From positions 1,329,876 through 1,361,875 of the forward strand of contig NZ_JBHSTI010000008.1 of NCBI RefSeq assembly GCF_042660085.1: a stretch of DNA of 32,000 nucleotides. The letters are read 5' to 3'. Source of the DNA: Longivirga aurantiaca (lineage in GTDB: Bacteria; Actinomycetota; Actinomycetes; S36-B12; CAIYMF01). The translations under genes were made by a program, and so were the position numbers. This document shows, piece after piece, positions 18,193 through 28,832 of this stretch. How positions within the stretch are numbered: the stretch's first letter is position 1; every line of letters begins with the position of its first letter. The notes under the pieces are model-generated. The model was not told where the DNA came from. It searched no databases and saw nothing but the letters and a program-made list of their open reading frames with translations.

Positions 18193-20253
18193 GTGTCCAA
18201 TGTGACGGGTTCCGCCAAGCGCCTCCTGGTCGGCCGTGCCCTCTCCAGCGAGCAGCTCGGCGAGACTCTGCTGCCCAAGCGCATCGCGTTGCCCGTCTTC
18301 GCCTCGGACGCCCTGTCGTCGAACGCGTACGCCACCCAGGAGATCCTCCTGGTCCTGTCCCTCGGCGGCGTGGTGCTCTACGACTTCGCGCCGTGGGTGG
18401 CCCTCATGGTGATCGTCATCTACACGGTGGTGGTCGCCTCCTACCGGCAGAACGTCCACGCCTACCCGAGCGGCGGCGGCGACTACGAGGTGGTCACGAC
18501 CAACCTCGGGGCGAGAGCGGGCGTGTTCGTGGCGAGCGCGCTGCTCGTCGACTACGTCCTCACGGTCGCCGTGTCGATCTCGGCGGCGGTGGCGAACCTG
18601 GCCTCGGCGTACAGCGTGATCGGCGAGCACAAGACGCAGTGGGCCGTCGCCGTGATCGTCGTGATCACGCTCATGAACCTGCGAGGCGTGCGGGAGTCCG
18701 GGCTCGCGTTCGCGATCCCGACGTACGGCTTCGTCCTGGGCATCTTCGGCATGGTGGGCTACGCGATCTACCGCATCGCCCAGGGTGACGTGCTGCGAGC
18801 CGAGAGCGCGGACTGGGTGATCACCCCGGAGGGCAGCTTCGCGGGGGCGGCGCTGGTCTTCCTCATCGCGAGGGCGTTCTCGTCCGGCACGACCGCGCTC
18901 ACGGGTATCGAGGCCATCGCGAACGGCGTGCCGGCCTTCCGCAAGCCCAAGAGCAAGAACGCTGCGACGACGCTGCTGATGCTGGGCGCGATCGCCATGA
19001 CCATGTTCGCCGCGATCACCTGGCTCGCGCTCTACACCCAGGTAAGGGTGACCGAGTTCGACCGGGACCTCATCGGGCTGCCGGAGGGCCAGGCGCAGAA
19101 GACGGTCATCGCGCAGATCGCGGACGCCGTGTTCGGCGACTTCACGATCGGGTTCCTCTACGTCTCGTTCGCCACCGCCCTCATCCTGGCGCTGGCGGCC
19201 AACACGGCGTTCAACGGCTTCCCGGTGCTGGGCTCGGTGCTCGCGCGCGACGGCTACCTCCCGAGGCAGCTCCACACGCGTGGCGACCGGCTTGCCTTCA
19301 GCAACGGCATCGTGGTGCTCGCGGGCCTGGCGGTCGTCCTCGTGATCGCGTACCGCGCCGAGGTGACCGCGCTCATCCAGCTGTACATCCTGGGCGTCTT
19401 CGTCTCCTTCACGCTGAGCCAGCTCGGCATGATCAAGCACTGGAACCGCCTGCTGCGGGCGAACCCGCCAGCGGGGGAGCGACGGGCCGCCCTGCGCAGC
19501 CGTGCGATCAACGCAGTCGGCTTCGTGATGACCGGAAGCGTGCTCATCATCGTCCTGGTCACGAAGTTCACGAAGGGCGCGTGGATCGTCTGCGTCGCGA
19601 TGCCCCTGATCTACCTGCTCATGCGCGCCATCCACAACCACTACGCGCAGGTCCGAGTCGAGCTCGCAGCAGGGGACAACGAGCGGGTCACGCTTCCTGC
19701 CCGCGTGCACGCCGTGGTGCTGGTGTCCAAGGTGCACAAGCCGACGCTGCGCGCGCTGGCGTTCGCCCGGGCGACCCGTCCGAGCACGCTCGAGGCCGTC
19801 ACTGTCGACGTCGACGAGGCCGACACCGCTCGGCTCGTGGCCGACTGGGACCGTCGCGCGATCCCCGTCCCGCTCAAGGTGCTCGACTCGCCGTACCGCG
19901 AGGTCACCCGCCCGATCCTCGACCACGTCCGCGGCCTGCGGCGCAGCAGCCCGCGCGACCTGGTGATCGTCTACGTGCCCGAGTACGTCGTCGGCCACTG
20001 GTGGGAGCAGATCCTGCACAACCAGAGCGCGCTGCGGCTCAAGAGCCGGCTCCTGTTCCAGCCCGGCGTCATGGTCTGCGCGGTCCCGTGGCAGCTGGCC
20101 TCATCCGAGGGGCTCGTCGACCGTCCGGAGCCCATCGCGGCCGGAGCCGTGCGCAGGGGCGAGCCGGACGCCGTCACCCAGGACGCCGTGGTCTCGGCGG
20201 AGTTCGTCGACCCGGACGGCGGAGTCCGAGGAACCGCTGGTCCGAGCTCATGA
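18193..20253 (+). CDS. APC-superfamily permease, KimA-like
   Basis: 686 aa; LLPKRIALPVFASDALSSNAYATQEILLVLSLGG, multiple hydrophobic segments, long soluble C-terminal region. Confidence 0.9.
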   Translation: MSNVTGSAKRLLVGRALSSEQLGETLLPKRIALPVFASDALSSNAYATQEILLVLSLGGVVLYDFAPWVALMVIVIYTVVVASYRQNVHAYPSGGGDYEVVTTNLGARAGVFVASALLVDYVLTVAVSISAAVANLASAYSVIGEHKTQWAVAVIVVITLMNLRGVRESGLAFAIPTYGFVLGIFGMVGYAIYRIAQGDVLRAESADWVITPEGSFAGAALVFLIARAFSSGTTALTGIEAIANGVPAFRKPKSKNAATTLLMLGAIAMTMFAAITWLALYTQVRVTEFDRDLIGLPEGQAQKTVIAQIADAVFGDFTIGFLYVSFATALILALAANTAFNGFPVLGSVLARDGYLPRQLHTRGDRLAFSNGIVVLAGLAVVLVIAYRAEVTALIQLYILGVFVSFTLSQLGMIKHWNRLLRANPPAGERRAALRSRAINAVGFVMTGSVLIIVLVTKFTKGAWIVCVAMPLIYLLMRAIHNHYAQVRVELAAGDNERVTLPARVHAVVLVSKVHKPTLRALAFARATRPSTLEAVTVDVDEADTARLVADWDRRAIPVPLKVLDSPYREVTRPILDHVRGLRRSSPRDLVIVYVPEYVVGHWWEQILHNQSALRLKSRLLFQPGVMVCAVPWQLASSEGLVDRPEPIAAGAVRRGEPDAVTQDAVVSAEFVDPDGGVRGTAGPSS

Positions 20254-21506
20254 TGCGCGCCGGCGACAGGCTGGTCGTCGAGGTCGGCCCGGTCGCGCAC
20301 GGTGGGCACTGCGTCGCTCGGCACGACGGCCAGGTGCTCTTCGTGCGGCACGCCCTGCCAGGCGAGCAGGTCGAGGTCGTGGTGACCGACGTCGGCAGGA
20401 AGAACCGGTTCGTGCGGGCGGATGCGGTGGCAGTGCTCACGCCGTCGCCGGACCGCGTCGAGGCGCCGTGCGCCCACGCGCGACCGGGCGGGTGCGGCGG
20501 ATGCGACTGGCAGCACGCGTCCGTGCCGGCTCAGCGTGCTCTGAAGGCGACCGTTCTGCGCGAGCAGCTCGCACGGCTCGGCGGGATCACCGAGCTCGGG
20601 GGAGTGCCGCTGGAGGAGTGCGTCGACGTCGTGGCGGTGCGTGGCGACGAAGGCGGCCTCGGGTGGCGCACGCGCGTCCGGTTCGCCGTGGGGCCCAACG
20701 GCAAGGCGGGCTTCCGCGGCCACCGCTCGCACGAGGTCCACGCGGTGGACCCGTGCCCGCTGACCTCGGCGGGCGTCCAGTCGATCGGTGCGACCCACGA
20801 GTCGTGGGACGGCGCGGAGGAGATCGAGGTCGTGGCCTCCTCCGGCGGCGACCGCACCGTGGTCGTCGAGCCCGCCAAGCTGGGACGGCGGCTCCCGGCC
20901 GATGTCAACGTGCCCGGCCTTCGCGGCCGTGGCTGGGTTCGCGAGAACGCCGCGGGCCGGGAGTGGCGGGTCGCCGCCGACGGTTTCTGGCAGGTGCACC
21001 CCGGCGCCGCCGACACGCTGGTCGACGTCGTGCGCGCTCTGCTCGCGCCGCAGCCCGGTGAGCACCTGCTCGACCTCTACTGCGGGGTGGGGCTGTTCGC
21101 CGGGGCGCTGGCCGCCGACCTCGGCGAGGAGGGCTCGGTCGACGCCGTGGAGGCGTCGGTGCAGGCGTGCGCGGACGCGCGCCGCAACCTGCACGACCTC
21201 CCGAACGTCCGCATCCACGCCGCGCCGGTGGAGAGCTGGCTGCTCTCACCGACCGCGTCCGACTCCGCCGACCTGGTGGTGCTCGACCCGCCGCGCAGCG
21301 GGGCCGGAACCGAGGTGATGGACGCCGTCCTCGACCGCGCGCCGCGCGCGATCGCCTACGTCGCGTGCGACCCGGCGTCGCTCGGCCGCGACCTCGGGCA
21401 CGCCGTCCAGGCCGGCTGGCGGGTCGCCTCGGTCCAGGGCTTCGACCTGTTCCCGATGACCCACCACCTCGAGGCGGTCGCGCTCCTGCTGCCGCCTTCG
21501 CGCTGA
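20250..21506 (+). CDS. class I SAM-dependent RNA methyltransferase, TrmA/RumA-like with N-terminal TRAM-like domain
   Basis: VVEVGPVAHGGHCVARHDGQVLFVRHALPGE (TRAM), LLDLYCGVGLFAGALA, DPPRSGAG, AYVACDPASLGRDL motifs; ATGA overlap with permease. Confidence 0.92.
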   Translation: MMRAGDRLVVEVGPVAHGGHCVARHDGQVLFVRHALPGEQVEVVVTDVGRKNRFVRADAVAVLTPSPDRVEAPCAHARPGGCGGCDWQHASVPAQRALKATVLREQLARLGGITELGGVPLEECVDVVAVRGDEGGLGWRTRVRFAVGPNGKAGFRGHRSHEVHAVDPCPLTSAGVQSIGATHESWDGAEEIEVVASSGGDRTVVVEPAKLGRRLPADVNVPGLRGRGWVRENAAGREWRVAADGFWQVHPGAADTLVDVVRALLAPQPGEHLLDLYCGVGLFAGALAADLGEEGSVDAVEASVQACADARRNLHDLPNVRIHAAPVESWLLSPTASDSADLVVLDPPRSGAGTEVMDAVLDRAPRAIAYVACDPASLGRDLGHAVQAGWRVASVQGFDLFPMTHHLEAVALLLPPSR

Positions 21507-21544
21507 CGGCTGCCTCCGTGCCGCCGCCCGCGTAGCGTGGCCGC

Positions 21545-21925
21545 ATGAAGCATGTTGCTGGAGACATGTCGGTGGCCGCCCCCGTCCTCGTGAGCGCGGA
21601 CGTCCCGGCCTCGCTCGAGCGCTACCGGGCCCTCGGGTTCATGGTGTCGGCGCACGAGGACGGCCACGCCTACGGCTTCCTGCGCCGCGGCGAGGCCTGG
21701 CTGCACGTGTCGCTGCTGCCCGATCTCGACCCGACCATGAACGCCGTGTCGGCGTACCTCTACTGCGACGACGCCGACGCGCTGCACGCGGAGTGGGCCG
21801 CATCGGGCGTGGCCGGCCGGCACGTGCCGCCCGTCGACACCGACTACGGGCTCCGCGAGGGGGCGTACATCGACCCCGACGGCAACCTGCTGCGCTACGG
21901 GAGCCCGCTGCCGCACCACTCCTGA
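21545..21925 (+). CDS. VOC/glyoxalase-fold protein (bleomycin-resistance-like)
   Basis: 126 aa; SLERYRALGFMVSAHEDGHAYGFLRRG...GLREGAYIDPDGNLLRYG. Confidence 0.85.
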   Translation: MKHVAGDMSVAAPVLVSADVPASLERYRALGFMVSAHEDGHAYGFLRRGEAWLHVSLLPDLDPTMNAVSAYLYCDDADALHAEWAASGVAGRHVPPVDTDYGLREGAYIDPDGNLLRYGSPLPHHS

Positions 21926-21931
21926 GGCGCG

Positions 21932-21952
21932 CACCCCCGCGTGCCGGGGGTG
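21932..21952 (+). terminator. terminator-like hairpin after VOC gene
   Basis: CACCCCCG-cgtgc-CGGGGGTG, perfect 8-bp stem, 5-nt loop, no T-tract. Confidence 0.55.
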
Positions 21953-21973
21953 GTGCCGGTCGGTACGATGAAG

Positions 21974-21991
21974 TATCTTGACGTCAAGATA
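21974..21991. promoter_or_regulatory. candidate operator upstream of acnA: perfect 18-bp palindrome
   Basis: TATCTTGACGTCAAGATA reads identically on both strands; AT-rich island 47 nt before the acnA ATG, just after a possible -10 (TACGAT, 21964-21969). Confidence 0.7.
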
Positions 21992-22038
21992 AATTGCGAT
22001 CGGTTCCAGAAGGCACGACGGCGGAAGGACTCCCTGGC

Positions 22039-24699
<2,661 letters not shown>

Positions 24700-24723
24700 G
24701 AGGCAGCACCCCCGGACGACGGC

Positions 24724-24752
24724 GGCCCCCACCTCTCGCCAGGTGAGGGGCC
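24724..24752 (+). terminator. intrinsic-terminator-like hairpin after acnA
   Basis: GGCCCC-CACCT-ctcgcc-AGGTG-A-GGGGCC: 11-bp stem with one bulged A; no T-tract. Confidence 0.7.
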
Positions 24753-24798
24753 GTCGTCATGCCCGGGTGCGGTCGTGCGCTCTCACTAGAGTCGCGGC

Positions 24799-25170
24799 GT
24801 GGTTCGTGACCTCGCCCCGCCCGGCTGGCCGTCGGGCGTGCTGCCTCCCGGCGCCCCGGGGTGGGAGGACTCCGTCGTCGGGTGGCTGCTCGACCAGTGC
24901 CCGCCGGAGTACCGCGGCCACGACGTGCTGCGCCGCCATCCCGTCGTGCTCGTGCGCTTCGCCGCGCACCACATCGAGTCCGCGCTCGCCGGCGCGCGGT
25001 CGGCGTACGGCTCCGCGCGGCGCGAGCTGGGGGAGCGGGTGGCCCCGGAGGTGCTCGACCAGTCGCTGCGGGCGCTCGAGGCCGAGGGCGCCCGGCTGGC
25101 GCGCGCCTCGCGGGAGATCGCCCTGGTGGAGGACGCCCTGCTCGGCGGCCGGTGGACCCCGCGGCTGTAG
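24799..25170 (+). CDS. small conserved-looking hypothetical protein
   Basis: 123 aa, MVRDLAPPGWPSGVLPPGAPGWEDSVVGWLLDQCPPEYRGHDVLRRHPVVLVRFAAHHIESALAGARSAYG...; own -10-like element. Confidence 0.7.
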   Translation: MVRDLAPPGWPSGVLPPGAPGWEDSVVGWLLDQCPPEYRGHDVLRRHPVVLVRFAAHHIESALAGARSAYGSARRELGERVAPEVLDQSLRALEAEGARLARASREIALVEDALLGGRWTPRL

Positions 25171-25277
25171 GTCGCCGCCCCAGACCCTATGCAAACGCTG
25201 TCATCGGTGGAGTCCGGGGCGATCCGGACATTCGGGAACAGCGGGTGACGGGCGCGTGACGAAATTGTTACCGGACA

Positions 25278-25292
25278 CAACGAACTTTGTTG
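25278..25292. promoter_or_regulatory. candidate operator upstream of sugar ABC transporter operon
   Basis: Imperfect inverted repeat CAACGAA-C-TTTGTTG (one mismatch) in a locally AT-rich segment, downstream of a -35-like TTGTTA (25265-25270). Confidence 0.35.
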
Positions 25293-25440
25293 CGTGTAGG
25301 GGTGGCCTCGGTCACACAGGGGGAATATGTTCGCGCTGGCAACATTCACCGGGCGTCCTCCGACGACCGGTTCTGCTCCCTCCCGGGTGGCTCAACCCGG
25401 GCCCTTCATGCACAGCGGACCTGTGCGAGAGAGGACGAGA

Positions 25441-26571
25441 ATGAGCAAGCGTCACCTGGCCATCGCTGGTGCGGCGGCCCTTTCCCTCCTGCTGGCTGCC
25501 TGTGGCAGCAGCAGCGATGGCGGCACGACCACGAGCGCGGCCCCGGCCGAGAGCTCGTCGAGCGCAGCCCCTGCCGGCGGCAAGGTCGGCGTCATCCTCC
25601 CCGACGCGGCCTCGTCGCCCCGCTGGGAGAACAATGACCGCCCGGCGCTCGATGCCGCCATCACCGGTGCCGGCTTCGAGGCGATCATCCAGAACGCCGA
25701 CAAGGACGTGAGCAAGTTCGCGACCCTGTGCGACTCGATGATCAACCAGGGCGTCAACGTCCTGATGATCGTGAACCTCGACTCCGAGTCTGGCGCTGCG
25801 TGCCAGAAGAAGGCGCTCGACGCCGGTATCCCGTCGATCGACTACGACCGCCTCACGCTCGGCGGCTCGGCCAAGTACTACGTCTCGTTCGACAACGTCC
25901 AGGTCGGCAAGCTCATGGGCGATGGCCTCATCAAGTGCCTCGACACCGCGGGCAAGACGAAGGCGAACATCGTCTTCATCAACGGCGACCCGACCGACAA
26001 CAACGCCGCGCTCTTCAAGGAGGGCTACGCGGGCGCCCTGAAGGCCAAGATCGACTCCGGCGACTACACGCTGGTGGGCGACCAGACCGGTAAGTGGGAC
26101 GCCACCGTCGCGCAGACCACGTTCGAGCAGCTGTACACGCAGAACGACGGCAAGGTCGACGGCGTCATCTCCGCCAACGACACCATGGCGGGCGGCATCG
26201 TCACCGTGCTGACCAACAACAAGGTCGCGGGCCAGGTCCCGGTCACTGGTCAGGACGCCTCTGACGAGGGCCTGCAGCGGGTCATCGCCGGCACCCAGTG
26301 CGGCACGGTCTTCAAGGACGTCAACGTCGAGGCCAAGGCTGCGGCCGACCTCGCCATCGCGATCCTGAAGGACGACGGCTCGGCTGACGCGCTGGTGAAC
26401 GGCAAGGTCACCGACAGCACCACCAACGTCGAGGTCCCCTCGGTGTTCGCCACGCCCGTCTGGGTGACGCAGGAGAACATCAAGGCGCCGTTCGATGCCG
26501 GCTACACCACGGTCGAGAAGGTCTGCACGGCCGACTACGCGGACGCGTGCGCCAAGCTCGGTCTGAGCTAG
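25441..26571 (+). CDS. sugar ABC transporter substrate-binding lipoprotein (XylF-like)
   Basis: Signal peptide and lipobox ALSLLLAACGSSSD; periplasmic-binding fold (VGVILPDAASSPRWENNDRPALDAAI...VDGVISANDTMAGGI...PVTGQDAS). GAGAGGA before ATG 25441. Confidence 0.92.
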   Translation: MSKRHLAIAGAAALSLLLAACGSSSDGGTTTSAAPAESSSSAAPAGGKVGVILPDAASSPRWENNDRPALDAAITGAGFEAIIQNADKDVSKFATLCDSMINQGVNVLMIVNLDSESGAACQKKALDAGIPSIDYDRLTLGGSAKYYVSFDNVQVGKLMGDGLIKCLDTAGKTKANIVFINGDPTDNNAALFKEGYAGALKAKIDSGDYTLVGDQTGKWDATVAQTTFEQLYTQNDGKVDGVISANDTMAGGIVTVLTNNKVAGQVPVTGQDASDEGLQRVIAGTQCGTVFKDVNVEAKAAADLAIAILKDDGSADALVNGKVTDSTTNVEVPSVFATPVWVTQENIKAPFDAGYTTVEKVCTADYADACAKLGLS

Positions 26572-26577
26572 TACCGA

Positions 26578-26615
26578 CGACGGGGGCCCGGTACACCTGT
26601 ACCGGGCCCCCGTCG
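26578..26615 (+). terminator. very strong intra-operon hairpin
   Basis: CGACGGGGGCCCGGTACA-CC-TGTACCGGGCCCCCGTCG: perfect 18-bp complementary arms, starting 7 nt after the binding-protein stop; no T-tract. Confidence 0.8.
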
Positions 26616-26660
26616 CCACACCCACCGCACTTCTCACTCACTCCCTCACCGAGAGGCGCC

Positions 26661-27521
26661 ATGACCGTCACGACGACCTCAGGCGACGCGTTCGTGTCGC
26701 CCGACAGCCCGCCGCTGCTGTCGCTGCGCAAGGTCAACAAGAGCTTCGGTGCAGTCGACGTGCTGAAGGACGTCGACCTCGACGTCCGGCTGGGTCGCGT
26801 CACCGCCCTCGTCGGCGACAACGGCGCCGGCAAGTCGACCCTCATCAAGGGGATCGCGGGAATCTACTCCTTCGACTCCGGTGAGTACTTCTGGGAGGGG
26901 CAGCCCGTCGAGGTCGCCAACCCCAAGGACGCCAACGCCATCGGCATCGAGGTCGTCTACCAGGACCTCGCCCTGTGTGACAACCTCGACATCGTCCAGA
27001 ACATGTTCCTGGGCCGCGAGGAGACCTCGGCAGCCGTGCTCGACGAGATCACCATGGAGGAGCGGGCCAAGAGCACCCTCGCCGGTCTGTCGGTGCGCAC
27101 GGTGAAGTCGGTCCGACAGAAGGTCGCCAGCCTGTCCGGGGGCCAGCGTCAGACGGTTGCCATCGCCCGCGCCGTGCTGTGGAACTCCAAGCTCGTCATT
27201 CTCGACGAGCCCACGGCCGCCCTGGGCGTGGCTCAGACCGAGCAGGTGCTGCGCCTCGTGCGGCGCCTGGCCGACAACGGCCTCGCAGTCATCCTCATCA
27301 GCCACAACATGAACGACGTCCTCGCCGTCGCCGACGACATCGCGGTCCTCTACCTCGGGCGTTGCACTGCGCACGTCCAGGCCAAGGATGTGACCCACTC
27401 GCAGGTGGTCGAGCTGATCACCGGCGGCGGGCTCGCACCGTCCAGCGGCGATGGCATCGAGGTCGTTCCGGTCGAGCTGCACATCGACGCTCCGACCGCC
27501 GAGCAGGGAGATGAGTCATGA
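26661..27521 (+). CDS. sugar ABC transporter ATP-binding protein (single ATPase domain)
   Basis: VGDNGAGKSTLIKG Walker A, LSGGQRQTVAIARAVLWNSKLVILDEPTAALG signature and Walker B. Confidence 0.95.
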   Translation: MTVTTTSGDAFVSPDSPPLLSLRKVNKSFGAVDVLKDVDLDVRLGRVTALVGDNGAGKSTLIKGIAGIYSFDSGEYFWEGQPVEVANPKDANAIGIEVVYQDLALCDNLDIVQNMFLGREETSAAVLDEITMEERAKSTLAGLSVRTVKSVRQKVASLSGGQRQTVAIARAVLWNSKLVILDEPTAALGVAQTEQVLRLVRRLADNGLAVILISHNMNDVLAVADDIAVLYLGRCTAHVQAKDVTHSQVVELITGGGLAPSSGDGIEVVPVELHIDAPTAEQGDES

Positions 27522-28786
27522 GCGAGACGTCCCTGACCCAGAAGGAGCTCGAGAATGCGGCCGAGGTGCCCGACAACGGGCTGTCAGCTGCCGCCCGTGA
27601 GTATGTCGCACGCGTGCGCGGCGGCGACGTCGGCCCACTGCCCGCAATCCTCGGGCTCGTCGTGCTGCTTCTGGTCTTCTCGGCTTTGCGGCCGACCACG
27701 TTCACGAACCCGTTCAACTTCGCGAACCTGATCGTCCAGAGCGCGGCCATCATCGTGATCGCGATGGGCCTGGTGTTCGTCCTGCTGCTGGGTGAGATCG
27801 ACCTGTCCGCCGGCTTCACCGCCGGAGTGTGCGGCGCCATGCTCGGCATCGTCACCACGCGGTGGGGGATGTCGTGGATCGTCGGGGTGCTCGTCTGCCT
27901 CGCGGTCGGCGCCGTGATCGGCTTGGTCATCGGAACACTGGTGTCGAGGATCGGCATCCCTTCATTCGTCGTCACCCTGGCCATGTTCCTGGCGCTGCAG
28001 GGCGCTCTGCTCGGCCTCATCGGCGAGGGCGGCACCATCCGCATCTCCAGCCCCGTGATCCTGGCGATCATGGCGAACACCCTCCCGCCGTGGCTCGGCT
28101 GGGTGCTCTTCGTCGTCTGCATGGCCGCGTACGCCTTCTTCACCTACCGGGCCATGGCCGTGCGGCGCGCGAAGGGCCTCGTCGCGCAGTCGACGTCGGT
28201 CTGGGCCGTGAAGGTGGGCTGCCTGGGCCTGCTGCTCGGACTGTGCGTGTTCTACTTGAACCTCGAGCGCAGCCGCAATTCCGCCCTGAGCTCGATCAAG
28301 GGGATCCCGATCGTCGTCGTGCTCCTGCTGGTGCTCCTCGTCGCGTTGACGTTCCTGTTGCTGCGCACGGCGTTCGGTCGTCACCTGTATGCCATCGGCG
28401 GCAACGCCGAGGCGGCGCGACGCGCCGGCATCAACGTCCCGCTGCTGCGCACTCTGGCCTTCGTGCTGTGTTCCACCATCGCGGGCATAGCGGGCATCGT
28501 GCTGGCCAGTCGTGTCAACTCGGTGACCCCGTCGACAGGCGGCGGCGAGACTCTCCTGTTCGCCGTGGCTGCAGCGGTCATCGGTGGCACGAGCCTCTTC
28601 GGAGGCAAGGGTCGTCCGGCGGACGCCATCATCGGTGGTCTCGTCATCGCGGTCGTCGGCAACGGCATGGGTCTGCTCAACCAGCCCGCAGCCGTGGTGT
28701 ACATCGTCACCGGCTTCGTGCTGCTCCTCGCGGCAGGCGTCGATGCGCTCTCGCGTCGTCGCTCGGCTGCGACCGGTCGAGGCTGA
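27518..28786 (+). CDS. sugar ABC transporter permease (XylH-like)
   Basis: Hydrophobic, AMGLVFVLLLGEIDLSAGFTAGVCG and AIGGNAEAARRAGINV motifs of BPD_transp_2 sugar permeases; ATGA overlap with ATPase. Confidence 0.93.
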   Translation: MSETSLTQKELENAAEVPDNGLSAAAREYVARVRGGDVGPLPAILGLVVLLLVFSALRPTTFTNPFNFANLIVQSAAIIVIAMGLVFVLLLGEIDLSAGFTAGVCGAMLGIVTTRWGMSWIVGVLVCLAVGAVIGLVIGTLVSRIGIPSFVVTLAMFLALQGALLGLIGEGGTIRISSPVILAIMANTLPPWLGWVLFVVCMAAYAFFTYRAMAVRRAKGLVAQSTSVWAVKVGCLGLLLGLCVFYLNLERSRNSALSSIKGIPIVVVLLLVLLVALTFLLLRTAFGRHLYAIGGNAEAARRAGINVPLLRTLAFVLCSTIAGIAGIVLASRVNSVTPSTGGGETLLFAVAAAVIGGTSLFGGKGRPADAIIGGLVIAVVGNGMGLLNQPAAVVYIVTGFVLLLAAGVDALSRRRSAATGRG

Positions 28787-28832
28787 CCGGGCAGGTTCAG
28801 CCCGTCCGGCAACACCGAGGGAGGTTCGACCC

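Noticed and set aside
16809-18335. 508-aa minus-strand ORF as one long TrkA protein
   Set aside because: Upstream half is in a different frame from the second TrkA gene and is low-complexity; the true start is MRVAIAGAGKVG at 17465 with an ATGA overlap.
19581-21506. 641-aa version of the RNA methyltransferase
   Set aside because: The first about 220 codons overlap the permease C-terminus in an arginine-rich shadow frame; the TRAM-like start at 20250 fits the family.
28788-28804. CGGGC-aggttca-GCCCG hairpin between the ABC permease and the ROK gene
   Set aside because: 5-bp stem, too short to support a regulatory claim at this GC content.
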